A stretch of DNA of 58,168 nt, taken from contig NC_068994.1 of assembly GCF_001194135.2 (NCBI RefSeq), positions 52,506,222 to 52,564,389 of the forward strand. Direction: 5' to 3'. The notes beneath the pieces were generated by a model. It was not told the DNA's origin. It saw only the letters and a program-made list of their open reading frames with translations, and made no database searches. This document shows positions 26,231 through 40,497 of this stretch, piece by piece; the first letter of the stretch is position 1, and each line of letters starts with the position of its first letter. The DNA is from Octopus bimaculoides. Its lineage: Eukaryota. Both the position numbers and the translations under genes were made by a program.

Positions 26231-26864
26231 TGAGGTGTGAAGATAATGGTTACAAAATAGTCTTAAACAGCTGTCTTAGAACATATAGATACATTCAATA
26301 GAATGTAATTATTTACACTGAGGGATGACAATAATGGAGATAATTGCACAAACACACTGTCACAGCTATACTTGTTTTGTACGAAAGTGAAGCCAATTGG
26401 TAAAGTTGTTAGAGCATTGAATGTTCTCACTCTTGGAGTTTTGAGCTGAAAAACAGCCGAAGTTAGATTGGATTTTCACCTTCTCCGTGTTAATAAAATA
26501 TACGAAGTGTATGAAAATCGAACCGGAAGGGTTGGAGTATCTTATCCTGATATTTGCTGCTCATTCAGTATTAGACTCAATACCTTACGTGGCATATTCT
26601 TTGTTATATCAAAATGGACATCATCAGTTGTACGTGTTTAGAATACTTCCCCATCATGAGACCTGTGAAGGATTATGGGCTCTACTTTCAATTCTTAATA
26701 ACAAATAGAATAATATCATTTACTTGAATTAAAGTTCGTTAGAACGCATAGATTCACTGTATGGCAATATACATGCACACTACGGATTCCCTAGTAGAGA
26801 ATGTTACTGTAAACGTAATGCTTAATGTTAGAGTATGTGCAAAAGTATTGAAAAAAAAGACATC

Positions 26865-27041
26865 TTTTCTTTTATAGGCACATCGCCTGACATTGTGTGG
26901 GGACGATTAGTTCGACTTCAGGGATATTTATTTTATCGACCTCGAAAGGGTGAAAGAAAATTCAACCTCGATAGAATTTGAACTCAAAAAGTAAAAACGG
27001 AAGAAATGCTGCTAGGCATTTTGTCCGACGTGCAAGCGATT
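26865..27041 (-). mobile_element. SINE family A, diverged
   Basis: ttatcgacctcgaaagggtgaaag..acctcgatagaatttgaactc homology. Confidence 0.75.
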
Positions 27042-28120
27042 CATATAATTTTATGTATCACACTAATCTCAGTGATAATATATTTAGCATCTCGCGGTAT
27101 TATATCATATATTGAATCGTGAGATATTATTTTGTCATATAACATCAGTTACTCTGTCATATTATGCCACGTGAATCGTAATATAAAATACTGTGCGAAG
27201 TGGTCGATGAGTTCAATATTGTAATGAATGTTTTGCACTAATAGTTTGTGTAAACAATCCTTCAAGGTTTTTGAGTGTTATCGTTTTAAATCTCCAATTG
27301 AAAAAGCGAGATGTATTTCAATATTTAAATGATAAAAGGGATATTTGTTATATTTTTATTGAATTCGATTTTAATATATTGGATTGAAGTTTTATCAGGT
27401 TCCTTAGTGGAGGAAGAAACCGTTGTAAATAATTTATGCTGTGATCGTGAAATGACTGATGATCAAAATATTCTGAAGTAATGCTTCATAACGTTTTCAA
27501 TAATCCGTACACCTTGGAAATACTGGGTTAACTCTTGCACTACGACAAAAGAAATATCAGATTTAAATATTGAAAAAAATCAATTTTCTCATTAAAATCT
27601 TAAAAAAATATGAGCCACAAACGACCATGCTAATGGACAAATCCAACTAAAACATAAAAGTTTTGACTCGGTGCATATAATGCAAATATAAACAGAGTAC
27701 TAAAACAAACTAAATGAGGTGAAATTATTCACAATTGTGAACATAAAACTTTATGACTTCTTTGTTCCCGTTTCTCTTTCAAGAAGTTTTAAAAACATAG
27801 AACTTTCTTCCTCATCACAATTTGCAAGTCTGCTTCTGGATTCATGCAATTCGTAAATTTTGGTTTCATTGACAGAAGTATGTCGCTACAAATGGATTAC
27901 AAACATACCGATTTGCTGATAATCTGTTAAGCCCATGTTGCGATCAATAGACAAATGTTGTTTTTAAAGATTATTTAGTAAACTTATTCCTAAGATTGAT
28001 ATAACACTCTAAAATGCCATATTTTACCATTAAGATTTGTGTTCAGCCTACTTTGATGACTATGTTATAAAGGAAATACTGTCTTGAATTACGAATTATA
28101 TTTTTATTAATGCTCGATTG

Positions 28121-28325
28121 AAGGCGATGCGCGAGGTAACTTGGTAAAGCATCGGAAAATGCATCGTGGCATTTGTCCAGCTCTTTACCTTCTGAGATCA
28201 AATCCCACAGGGATCAAGTTTGTATTTTATCAATGGGGCTCAATAAAATAATTTGCTAGTCAAGTAATAATATCAATTGTATCACCTGATCTACTGTTCG
28301 AAAAATATCGGGCCTCATGTTTAAG
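28121..28325 (+). mobile_element. SINE family A, strongly diverged
   Basis: aaggcgatgcgcgagg..ttctgagatcaaatccc..ggggtcaataaaataa..atcgggcctcatg. Confidence 0.55.
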
Positions 28326-29276
28326 CCACAAAATTTTATACTTTAAGTAAGGCTAGGAATCTGCAGTGCTACATGTTTCATTTGCATATATATTCCTGCA
28401 GGCGAGTGTTGACTATTACCTAATTTATTGCACAGTTACTCTGAATTTCTGAGTTACATTCCTTTTTTATGCATATTGATAGCTGAATTTTTTCATCCTG
28501 TAACTAATTCAGTAGATGCAGAGTTGATGTTAAAGTCACAATTGTCCAGAAATGATTAAATTTTTGAAATTAATTTTAACTTTAATATTTAAAATTTAAT
28601 TTCAGTAATTATATTTTTAGTTTAGTTTTATATAATTATCACTAATCAGATTGAATTCGATTTAATTGAATTCCGAGCTCAAGTACCAATTTCTAATATT
28701 TTAACACAAATTTGATTAATTTTAAATTTGAAACTGGAGGGATAAACAATAAAAGCAGTTGAAATATTGAAAATTGTTGAAAAAAGCATTCGAATTGATA
28801 TTTACAAAAAGAGTTACATGTTTATACAAATATATTTTACTTGGCGTAACGAAATTTATTACACGCATACACTGACATGGTTCTACATAAAGTAAAAACT
28901 CTCAGTACATCATGAAACATAAAACTTTTTCAACATATGAAATTTGATTTACAATTAGGAAAAAATCAACATTGATTAGACAATTGGAAAGAATAAAGAT
29001 TTCTGTGATCTATCCTTTTAATACTGTGTAGATATGAAGCGAGACATCTAGAAAGACCGCTGATGTGTTACTACAGTATGAAACAGCTTACAACTAACTG
29101 CTTACAACATATTAAGAGGGAGACGTCTTCGGACTGCGCGTATAACACGCAAATATATTTTCATAAACAGGAATAATTTGAAACCTCATATCAATGTTCA
29201 ACATATCAGCGACATCTATACGTGCATACTTTCTCACAAAACCATAAGCACAGATGACTGCATATATATGCATGTA

Positions 29277-29307
<31 letters not shown>

Positions 29308-29417
29308 ATNNNNNNNNNNNNNNNNNNNNNNNNNNNNNNNNNNNNNNNNNNNNNNNNNNNNNNNNNNNNNTATCTATGTATCTATGTATATGTATATACA
29401 AGTGTGTACGCACACAG

Positions 29418-29456
<39 letters not shown>

Positions 29457-29907
29457 GCATGGATTTGCTAAATTCAAATCATGCATATTATTTTGATTAA
29501 TTCTAAAAAGAAATGCCTAAAGATCATATGACGTGGTTATCTAATACGCAATCCAAACATGGTGGGAGAGTAAACAGTTTATGAAATAACTAGAGATATG
29601 TGCTATGTAACATTTTATATTTCAACGTGATGAGAACAAATAAAGTGTAGTTTTATTGACAGTGAGTCAGATGATCGAGTGAAGGAACATAAATTGAAAG
29701 GAAACGAAAGTAACAACACGTTGAAATGTGTTTTTTTTTTTAGCTCGAAATACGATCTCGCTGGTTTTACTGAACAATGTGTAGGAGTTTTATATTGGCA
29801 CGAATACATTTACAATCGCAAATATAGCTATACATTAGCATGCATGAAGACACAGAAAAGCCTCCATACATGTATCTATATATATTCTGTTATTTTCATA
29901 ATTATAA

Positions 29908-30100
29908 TTTTACTTGTTTCAGTCTTTTGACTGCGGCCATGCTGGAGCACGACTCCGGGACATATTCTTTGTAAACCTAGTACTCATAACATCGGTCGCT
30001 TTTGCCGAACCGCTAAGTTACGAGGACATAAACACACCAAGAGCGGTTGTCAAGCGACGGGTGGGGGGTGGGGGACACAGACACACAAATACACACACAT
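29908..30100 (-). mobile_element. SINE family C, 3' half
   Basis: tacttgtttcagtcttttgactgcggccatgctggagcac..tttgccgaaccgctaagttacg. Confidence 0.85.
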
Positions 30101-30343
30101 TCACACACACACATATTCAGAATATAAACCCATATATACAAGCAAATATACGTATGTGTGTATGTATGTGCGTGTGTGTGTTTGTGTGTGTGTGTGTGTC
30201 TAAATACACGCATATGATACATACACTTATGAGGATAATAAGCTTACAATTGTACAAATTATATCACTATTTTATACATACAAACATACCAACTGAATGT
30301 ATTTTTATAAGGATTTGTGAGCGCAAGTACACGCATACAAATG

Positions 30344-30378
<35 letters not shown>

Positions 30379-31046
30379 TCCCCACACACACACATACCCC
30401 CTGCTTACACACGCACCCACACACACACTTTCTCTGAAATTCATATGTGTGTATACACATAAAGCGTGAAGTGTATAAGTTGTTTAGAGAAATTAAATAA
30501 TTGACGTTACTTCTAAAATATGTGTTGATTAAATAAACGTATTAACAAAATTATACAGAACGGATTTGCATTAATGAATTATTAATATCCTCTTCCATAA
30601 TAACATTATTTTATTCATATTACATGAAAATTCCCAATACGTGTCATTGTTAAGGTACCTGGTTTCAGTTATTGTTTGGATTTCACTCTGTATTCTAAGT
30701 TTCTAATGTCCTCATAATAAATTCTTTCTATAGTAGATAGTCCTGCCTCTGAAATATGGTATATGCCTACATACCGCAAGTGGTACTGGTTGTCTAGGTT
30801 TTTTCTATCAACTGAGGTAAACTTCGCGAAATCTTATTACATTCTACTGCCAGGATTATATAAAATAGCAATATTGTTTTTCCTTTGTTCTTCATGACAT
30901 TACTAAACGGTTAATTGTATACGGTCGTAACAATAATCTTTCTATTATAGGCACAAAACACGAAAATTTTGGTTGGTGGGGTGATGGTCAATTACAAAAC
31001 CTCCAATGGTCAAGTGGTGCTTATTTCATCGAGTGAATGCTCCCTC

Positions 31047-31202
31047 CAGTTCTATATTTAGAAGATGAGGAATTATGTGCATTATTTACATTATTTACAT
31101 TCTATACATTCAACGGATATTTGTCCTCATCTTGCTTATTGTTGAGACAACGTTCCGGTTGATATACCCTCCAGCCTTCTTCGGGTGTCTTGGGCAAATT
31201 TC
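31047..31202 (-). mobile_element. Third Penelope-like terminal fragment (decayed hammerhead)
   Basis: Clear homology to 10018-10170 (cagttctatattt..gatgaggaattatgt..ggatatttgtcctcatcttg..gatataccctccagcctt..ggtgtcttggg). The core is mutated to CCGAAGA/GGAA. Confidence 0.7.
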
Positions 31203-31320
31203 TTAGAGCGCAGGCTACTAACATTAAGATTCCGAAGCATGTGGTTCGTAAGCAAGCTACTTACCACACAGCCACTACACACACACACACACACATATAT
31301 ATTAATCACGCACACACACA

Positions 31321-31365
<45 letters not shown>

Positions 31366-31501
31366 NNNNNNNNNNNNNNNNNNNNNNNNNNNNNNNNNNN
31401 NNNNNNNNNNNNNNNNNNNNNNNNNNNNNNNNNNNNNNNNNNNNNNNNNNNNNNNNNNNNNNNNNNNNNNNNNNNNNNNNNNNNNNNNNNNNNNNNNNNN
31501 N

Positions 31502-31546
<45 letters not shown>

Positions 31547-32239
31547 CAGACAGACAGACAGACAGACAGGCAGGCAGACAGACAGATATATAGATTGATA
31601 GATAGATATGAAACTGAATATCGTTGTATATCCGAATGTATAAAATTGAAACTTTGACGAGGCACTATAATTCATGGCATACTCGATATGTTCCAGAGAA
31701 TGTCTTCCGCACTGCTTTATACAGTATTATAGTTTCACTGACAGGCCTTCATATAGTCAAGTGTAGTCAGGTATTAAGAAGTTTCTAAGCACTCAAATAC
31801 GAACATTTTTTCTATTGAAATATGGTGTCGATATCCGCGTACAAATCTATTAGATGTAAGTGTTTAAAATGTCGGATTAGGAATGAATCTACGCTTAACC
31901 CTTTGCATCCACTTATAACTTTCAACGTGGCATTTTTCTTTATAGCTCTTTGACACAATATGCATTACCGATTACAGCACTGGCAAGAAATATGAAGAAA
32001 TGAAGAAAGAAATGTGTGTGTGTATATATATATGCATGTATGTGTATATATGTGTGTTTTTATGTATGAGTGTGGGTGTGTACATATATGTGTGTATATA
32101 TACATATATATAGTTATATATATTTGTATATGTACGAGTGTGTATGTCTGTTAGTGTGTGTGTCTGTGTGTCTCTTTGCGGGTGTGAATCAATATATTTA
32201 TATATGTATGAATATGTTATGTTATATATGACTCTATAT

Positions 32240-32285
<46 letters not shown>

Positions 32286-32315
32286 TCTCGCATATGCGTA
32301 TATATTCTACTCTAC

Positions 32316-32679
32316 GGCACTCTGTCGGTTACGACGACAAGAGACAGCTGATCCAATCAACGGAACAGCTTGCACGTGAAATTAATGTGCAAGTGACTGA
32401 GCACTCCACAGATACGTGTTCGCGAGGGAGATTTAGCATGACACAGAGTGTGACAAGTCTGGCCCCTTTCAAATACAGGTACAACAGAAACAGGAAGGAA
32501 GAGTGAGAGAAAGTTGTGGTGAAAGAGTACAGCAGGGTTCGCCACCATCCCCTGCCGGAGCTTCGTGGAGCTTTAAGTATTTTCGCTCAATAAACACTCA
32601 CAACGCCCGGAACGGGAATCGAAAACGCGATCCTATGACCGCGACTTCGCAGCCTTAACCACTGGACCATGGTGACTCC
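32316..32679 (-). mobile_element. tRNA-derived SINE family D, near full length
   Basis: Minus strand: tggtccagtggttaagg (A box), tttcgattcc (B-box-like), tail gctgttccgttgat..gtcgtcgtaaccgacagagtgcc. A remnant of the same tail lies at ~55960-56005 (+). Confidence 0.8.
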
Positions 32680-32799
32680 ATGCGTATATGTTACATATAT
32701 GATGATTCATATATACGTATTTTCACTGACACATATCTATGTATTTATGAGTGTCTATATATTGAGTTTATTGATGGTAGTGTATAATGCACAATCGAT

Positions 32800-32843
<44 letters not shown>

Positions 32844-33207
32844 GCACGTTTATTATTATTAACATTTCTATTCATAATTTTTTCTTGTTGTAGCTTCTTG
32901 AATTGTACTTAACGATGTGCTGGACTCTTTTCTGTCGTCGTTTAATCCTTCACATGAAGCAAAGCCATTATTTACTTGTTGTGGCTGACAAAGGGTGCAG
33001 AAAAATTTTCCATTATTTTCCATATTACTGATTGTTATTCATCATGAGACATGACATTTCTCATTCACACCTCACAAAATCCGTTACCTGGACACTTTGC
33101 TCAGCATACAACATACACACACACACATACATACACACACGTGCTTCTGTTTATCCATTCATATACATATACATACACTCATACAAGAGTGTGTGTGTGT
33201 ATGCATG

Positions 33208-33244
<37 letters not shown>

Positions 33245-34140
33245 ATATATATATATTGGCGTGTTATACATTAACATACTGATATGTGCTCACACACAGT
33301 CACACACGTGCATGTGTATGTGTGAGTGTTTGTGTGCTTTTGTGTGTGTGTGTTTATGTTTGTGTACATATGTATGACTATATACTTATGTTTATGTGTA
33401 TGTGTGTGTGCATATATATGTAAATCTATAATACGTAATATATACATATAAATCTATAATACTTAATATATATACATATGAATATATATATATGTATATA
33501 TATGTGCATGCACACACATATGTATAAATGTATGAATATAAGTATGTATGTATATGTATGTATATGTATGTATGTATATGTATATGAAAGATTGAACGCA
33601 AGCACAAATCGCATACACACAGACAGACATACATATAATGTTCTACTCATGGCTTTTAGGATTTAAGAATTTGTTTTGCATGCAATACGGATTTAATAGT
33701 TCCGGAAGTGTAGCATGATAACCACAATCAGTTTTTACCGAATTACGTGTGTAGCTGTGTTTAGATATATATACACGTGTGAGTGTATGTGTGTGTGTGT
33801 GCGTGTGTACGTTTGTGTATGATTGCGCATGTACACACATATTTATATTTCGAGCGGATGCGTGTGTGCTCCGTTGCATACATAGCAACACCGAATTCCC
33901 TGCATGAAATGCATTATAACCTGTGTAGGATAAAAAGGTGAACAGTTAAGAGCAGATGCTTCTTTTCTTATATTAGTCAACGTTTAGACTCATTGTACAT
34001 CTGAAAATCACCGAATATTCCACCAACCACAATGGTGCATCGGATAGTGATGACTCAGTATATATCAATGGTTTGGTAAAGCAATTTCAAAATTGCACAC
34101 AGATTATGAGTTCACGCTCCTATGTTCACCTATACTCTGT

Positions 34141-34360
34141 TTTACTCTCTTTTAATTGTTTCAGTCATTTGACTGCGGCGATGCTGGAGCACCGCCTTCA
34201 GTCGAGCAATTCGATCCCAGGACTTATTCTGTGTAAGCGTAGTACTTATTCTTTCGAGCTTTTTTGCCGAACCGCTAAGTTACGGGGACGTTAACGCACC
34301 AGCTTCGGTTGTCAAGCTATGTTGAGGGGACAAACACAGACACACAAACATATACACACA
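34141..34360 (-). mobile_element. SINE family C, 3' half
   Basis: ttgtttcagtcatttgactgcggcgatgctggagcaccgcc..ttgccgaaccgctaagttacggggacg. Confidence 0.88.
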
Positions 34361-35910
34361 CTTACTCGGGTCACTTGGGTGAAATCCAGGCGTCCTAACT
34401 ACTATGATCGATACAGATATTTCCTTTCTTAAACGTAAGCGAAACATACCATTAACCATTCCATTACCCAATGCAAGATCGTCGTGAGTGAAACGTGAGA
34501 GGTGTTTGAGTCCAAAACCTTTTGAAGAATCAGTAGTGTTGAGGCTCTGTTACTTGTTACGATCTTGTTAAAATAAGCAATAACAAAGATGTTTTATTTT
34601 AAGTATATCTGTAATTAGCTATTACAACAACGGAGCAAGTTATCTCAATTACGTAAGAATTGCTGTATATTATGCGAGTGTATACGTATATTATGGCGAG
34701 CGCAACTCAATTGACGTTTTTGAAAGGTAAAAGGAAGAGAAAATGTTAATTTGTATCTCTACCATTTTATAAGTTTATATTCTGTTTCTTGACATGAACA
34801 TCTGCAGGATTCCACTACCTATTACAAATAGACAAAAACAAGAAAAATAAATCCTACCATATTAATGTCTATGTCAGCAATGACTACGTTCATGAGAGGA
34901 ATAAAAAAAAATTGATAATGCTAATAGCTTTCCGAATTTAATACGGGAGTTAACTACCCAAGATAGAATTTGAACACCGTATATTAAGGTAGCGAATTGA
35001 GATTTATACTGTTTTAAACTCAAGTTCATCTCCGAAGGAAAATTTTCTTTTAACCACTTATGTGATAATCTCATTATTTGCCGTGTACTTATCATTCGAC
35101 CTGCAGTATAAAGATTGAAGTAACTGAAACAGATTTAATAATATGACTACGGAAGATTAACTATTCTCCTTTATCTATAAATAAACTATTTACATATTAA
35201 GAAATATTACTTCTAAGTATTTATCTTGCTCTTGTTCGTTGCACTTTGTAAGGATTAAAGTAAATATTTCATAAAGACTTTTAATGTTTTCAAACATGTC
35301 CATCTGTAGAAGAAGTAATGCGTGCTCTTTTCCAAGTCTGCCATTAAATCGCTTTTGTTCAGAGGATAATATAATGTGCTAAACATAAACATTTAATCAA
35401 CTGAATTGCTCCGTTGGTGTTTATAGTCACATCCTTCGAGGAAATTTTGCTAGAATAAATTGATATACTGTGAGTGCTTTTTCGTTACTCTTTATTCATT
35501 AAACATATAATATAATGTTTCCATTTAAAAACTTAATCGAAAATCATATTTAGAAGAGAAAGCATAAACACGGTTGTAATAACGAAGAAAGCGTACGTAG
35601 GTTGTTGCTTGAGAGAGGTAATATATTCATTTCGGTATGCTGCGTTCCAGTAGTTTCAAAGTGAATGCTCCTATCATACAATCTACTTTACAACCATTTT
35701 CAGTTTGTTTAATATGCACTATTATTGTGAGAATTTAGAAATGGAATGTGAATATTATTATTAATTATAAAACATCCTTAATTCATTGGGATGTCTGAAA
35801 CATTTTCCTGAAATAAAAGAATATAAGAGATTTGATACTGAATAAAAATTATGTTGCATACTTGAAATGTATTACGATATCTTATATAATGTAAGACATT
35901 ATTATTGTTA

Positions 35911-35945
<35 letters not shown>

Positions 35946-36492
35946 GAGTGTGAGAGCGGTACATGCCATCAAAGTGACATTCGGGTAAAATATACGAAGC
36001 TCATTATACCCATCACGACTATCCGTCTGATAATGGCACACCAGGCACATCCGTCACAACCATATGGGCACAATAAGGTGATCTCATATCAAGGTAAACA
36101 GTGCATGACCTTGCAGACGGGGCTCAGTTAGAATTATCTTCAGGTTGCGTAGCCCATCCCACTCAAAAGGTCCATGAATAAGGGTTGTTTAAGGATTCTG
36201 AACGAAATGCCTATGTTTCCAGAGGTGAATTATCCAAACTCCAAAGTATTCTTTCAACACATGGCTATGGTGCTCCCCTACTACTTCTGCTCATGATCAG
36301 AGATGCACATATCATGAGCCGCCAAGGGACATGCTCAACTGGTTAAGGTGAAACAGCTGACAAGGAAATCTGTCGTACGGAGCAGAATCTTTGCTGTAGC
36401 GCATGTTTTATACCAAGACAAGACAATGTACCTAACACTTCCAATGAGTTGAGAAGCCATGAGAGCCACTGCGTGGTACTGTGTAAGGGCAT
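35946..36492 (-). mobile_element. ~550-bp non-coding element inside a (TAA)n tract; probable non-autonomous retroelement
   Basis: Higher-GC non-coding block bounded on both sides by TTA runs (35898-35945 and 36493-36533). Its minus-strand 5' ~60 nt recur at 19767-19827 (28/30 match in the core). Confidence 0.7.
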
Positions 36493-37623
36493 TTACTATT
36501 ATTATCATTATTATTATTATTATTATTATTATTGTATCATTGCTCGTAGAATCTAAAGAATGTTGGGAAAATGCTTTACGTTGTTTCATCTAACACTTTA
36601 CGTCGCATTCCTTCAGGGATTGTAAACTAAATTATCTGTCAAATACAGGACTCGATGGTATTGGCTAATCAGTGACTCTTAATTACATTATCATTTAATC
36701 CCTTTCTCGCGGCCACAGATGTCTTTCTGCAGCAATTTTTGTCCTCTCTATTCGCTTTATTTTTATTGTTTACAGTCAATTTTGGATGACTATAAAATCT
36801 TAATTCATATGGATTCTTCTAAATACTGTAAAAAAAAAGACAAAATAACTTTGGCCTGTCCTCTACCATACACATTTCATTCTATATCTACACTAAAGAT
36901 AAAAACACGATTGTTATGAAGAGAAGTAATCTCAGAGTTGGTTGTGTCAGGATTGTAGTCGATTTATGTTCACCATATCCAAACTGAATGTAGCCGTCCC
37001 GGAAAGAAACGACTAGACGATAGATAGTATAGAACACTTGAAATTAAAGAAAGTTTTATAACTATCTCCTTATATTTTCTTCGGTGCTCAACCGACTCCG
37101 AGGGCTAGACATACATTTATTATGTAATAGCAACTTTATAACTGAATCAAAATTGCATAGAAACCGAAAATAATTACTGTAAAATTGGTCAAGTTTTGCC
37201 AATAGATTTAAATAATAAAGATGAGCAAAATTATGAAACGCCATAGTATTTCTTCCATATTAATCAAACCATTTTTATAGTTAAGAACTATAAGCTACTC
37301 ATAAAATTTCAGTGGATTATTGGATAATGGAATAATATATAATTGATGCTTTTTATATATTTCTCATGAGTATCAAAATATTTATATTTGTAGAGAAATA
37401 AGAAGAATAGTAATTTAAATAATTATGTAGCTGAATGGGTGTAATAAACTTCGAAATAAATAGTTATATAATACAATAGATGAATGCTATATTAGAATTG
37501 GATATCAAACGTATTGAATACATAAAAAGCAAAAATATCAACACTGACTCAGAGAGACAGAGGAACAATTCAATTAAACAAACACACACACTCACATGTA
37601 TACATACATACGTACACACACAC

Positions 37624-37663
<40 letters not shown>

Positions 37664-37678
37664 GTGTGTGTGTGTACG

Positions 37679-37774
<96 letters not shown>

Positions 37775-38110
37775 CATATATACTTATATGTACAAATAAG
37801 TATATATAAAAATATATATATATATGTATATGCATATGTCTATATATATACATAGATTCGCACATAGACACAGAAATAAACGCCTTCTGTCTCTCTCTCA
37901 CACACACAAACAAATAAACACAGACACAGACAAACACACAATTATCTTATTAAGTCGGTGTCAACAAAGAGAGGGCACGCGAAAATGTTACAGCTGTTTT
38001 AATAACTGTTATAGATTATTCAAAGAAGTCTTTCAATATATTTTTTTTATATTTTGCTAGAAAATGATGTGTATAAGAAAATAGGGAACACTCATCTTTT
38101 GAAATAACTG

Positions 38111-39303
38111 CTGGGTCATCCCATAAATAATGCGGTTTTTTGAATTGCATGAACTAAAAGACGGAGGTGGTTGGATAAACTCCCTTCATCAACTTACTAT
38201 AAAAGCAGGTAGTAATTTAACCTTGTACTTACTCATATTGCAAGTTTTGAAGGGTGCAGTTCGATTTAAATTATTTTTTCAAAGCTATGATAGAAGTGAC
38301 GAAGGAGCATATTCGCCATATTTTATTTTGTGGGTTCATTAAAGGCAACAGCGCAACGGGAAGTGCGAAAAATATTAATGTAGTATATGGACATCGGACT
38401 ATATGCGTAAGCCAGTGTCAACGGTGGTTCCAGAAATTCTGAGCCGGAAACTGCAGCCTAGAAGACCAATTCGTACTGGAATATCTGTAGAGCTCGACGA
38501 GGACGTCCTGCAAATTCTGGTGGAACAAAATCCCATCGTAACTGTTGAGGAAATAGCAGAAAAGTTTGGTCGTCCAAGCATTCATTGACACCAGAGTTCC
38601 ATCAGAAATGTCAGGAAATTGGGTCAATGGGTTCCACGCAAAGCTACCGATGTTTATCGCACGCAGAGTGAATGTGTGCTCTTCTTTGTTGTTATATCTC
38701 ACGAATAAACCTGTTTTGGACCGAATAGTCACTGGTAACGAGAAATGGGTTCTCTATAAAAAATGTCAAGCGCCGAGGATATTCGGTAAGGAAAGGAGAA
38801 ACAACGGCACTCCAAGCAAAAGAAGGTCTTCACCCACGTAAGGTGTTGTTATCTGTTTGGTGGGATATGAAAGGTTTAGCCCACTTTGAAATTTAAACCC
38901 AAAACAAACGATAACAAAGGTGATCTACCGCGAGCAGCTTGAGCGGCTTAAGTCAGCGCTAGAAGAAAAATGACCGTCTTTGTGTTGAAGACGAAAGATG
39001 CTCTTCTATCAGGATAATGCTCAGCCACACTACAGCGAGGATGACATTCCAAAGGCTGGAGTAGTTTGAATGGTGCCTGACCTCCCATATTTGCCGGACA
39101 TTGCCCCACCTGATTAACATTTATTCCGTAGACATCAAAATCATCTGGACTGAAAAAATAAGAATTCTGTAGACGGGGTCAGATCAGTAGTGGAGGAGTA
39201 TTTTTCATCAAGGGCAAATGAAATTTGGAAGAGGGGCCTTGCAAGTCTAGCAAATAGATGGAAGATCATTGTAGAAAATGAGGTTGAGCATATTTTAGAT
39301 TAA
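38111..39303 (+). mobile_element. Near full-length mariner transposon with multiply disrupted transposase; 3' TIR missing
   Basis: Putative 5' TIR ctgggtcatcccataaataatgcggttttt; ATG at 38286. KEHIRHIL..CQRWFQKF; ELDEDVLQILVEQNP; WVP; LDRIVTGNEKWVLY (first D to N); LHPRKVLLSVWWDMKG; QDNAQPH; DIAPPD; RWKIIVENEVEHILD* (39303). Many frameshifts and stops. Confidence 0.93.
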
Positions 39304-39318
39304 AAAAGAACTTAATGA

Positions 39319-39455
39319 AACGCCGCCGAGGTTGATTTTGTGTTTCATCCTTTCGGAGTGGAAAAAAGTAAGTACCAGTCGCGTTCTGGGGTCGATATAA
39401 TCGATTGGCCCCCTGCCCCCAAATTTCGGGCCTTGTGCCTAGAGTAGAAAAGTAT
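39319..39455 (+). mobile_element. 5'-truncated SINE family A with 9-bp target-site duplication
   Basis: acttaatga at 39310-39318 and 39456-39464 flanks ccgccgagg..tttcatcctttcgg..ccttgtgcctagagtagaaaag. Confidence 0.88.
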
Positions 39456-39613
39456 ACTTAATGACACGCTACACTGTGCTGGCCTTATTGTATGGTTAGG
39501 ATGTGGTAGCCAAGTGGTTCCACGTTCGATTCTACTGCTTGCTGTTTATCATAATTTCTGGTTGACCACGCGTGAGTAGGATTCTAGTTGAAAAATGCTC
39601 TGTAGAGGTCCGC

Positions 39614-39683
<70 letters not shown>

Positions 39684-40112
39684 GCACGCACACACACGCA
39701 CGCACGCACACACATGCACACATACATATGCATATCTACGTGTTAGACATAGCACATGGAGTAGAGAATTCAAGGAACAGAAGTCAATTCGAAAATATAG
39801 TCAATACTTATGTTGATCCATATCGTAACACTGTATATACTCTTACATATACGTTGCTGCCACATGAACCAATATAAGTATTGAATATATTTTCGAATTA
39901 ACTCCTCTTTTTAGCAACCACACCTTTCCACCATTGATCACTCTGTTATAGGTGTTATGTCAACACATCTGTAACCGTGTCTATGGATCAGACTAGATGA
40001 ACCAAGAAATGAAATTGAAAGTCATACTGTTGTCAAGAAACGTCGTCTAGAGCGCACAAGCTGCTAGAGGAAAATATCAGCACGGTTTTTTCCTTATATA
40101 CATACATGCATA

Positions 40113-40161
<49 letters not shown>

Positions 40162-40288
40162 NNNNNNNNNNNNNNNNNNNNNNNNNNNNNNNNNNNNNNN
40201 NNNNNNNNNNNNNNNNNNNNNNNNNNNNNNNNNNNNNNNNNNNNNNNNNNNNNNNNNNNNNNNNNNNNNNNNNNNATACATACATACA

Positions 40289-40324
<36 letters not shown>

Positions 40325-40458
40325 TATAGGTAAAGTAAATGTTAGAGGTAATACTTGACAATTGTAAGCACCAGTGTATGCCAGCTCGTGGTTGAGGTGA
40401 AAGAATAAATTGTAAATGCAAAAATAAAAACAAAAACACAAAGGATTCTGCGGTACAC

Positions 40459-40497
<39 letters not shown>

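Noticed and set aside
28550-28800. Extremely AT-rich stretch considered as a NUMT
   Set aside because: No recognisable mitochondrial rRNA, tRNA or protein motif.
23960-39303. Possibility of Fanzor/TnpB-like cargo with the mariner or MULE remnants
   Set aside because: No RuvC-like motifs or extra ORFs are seen within or beside these elements.
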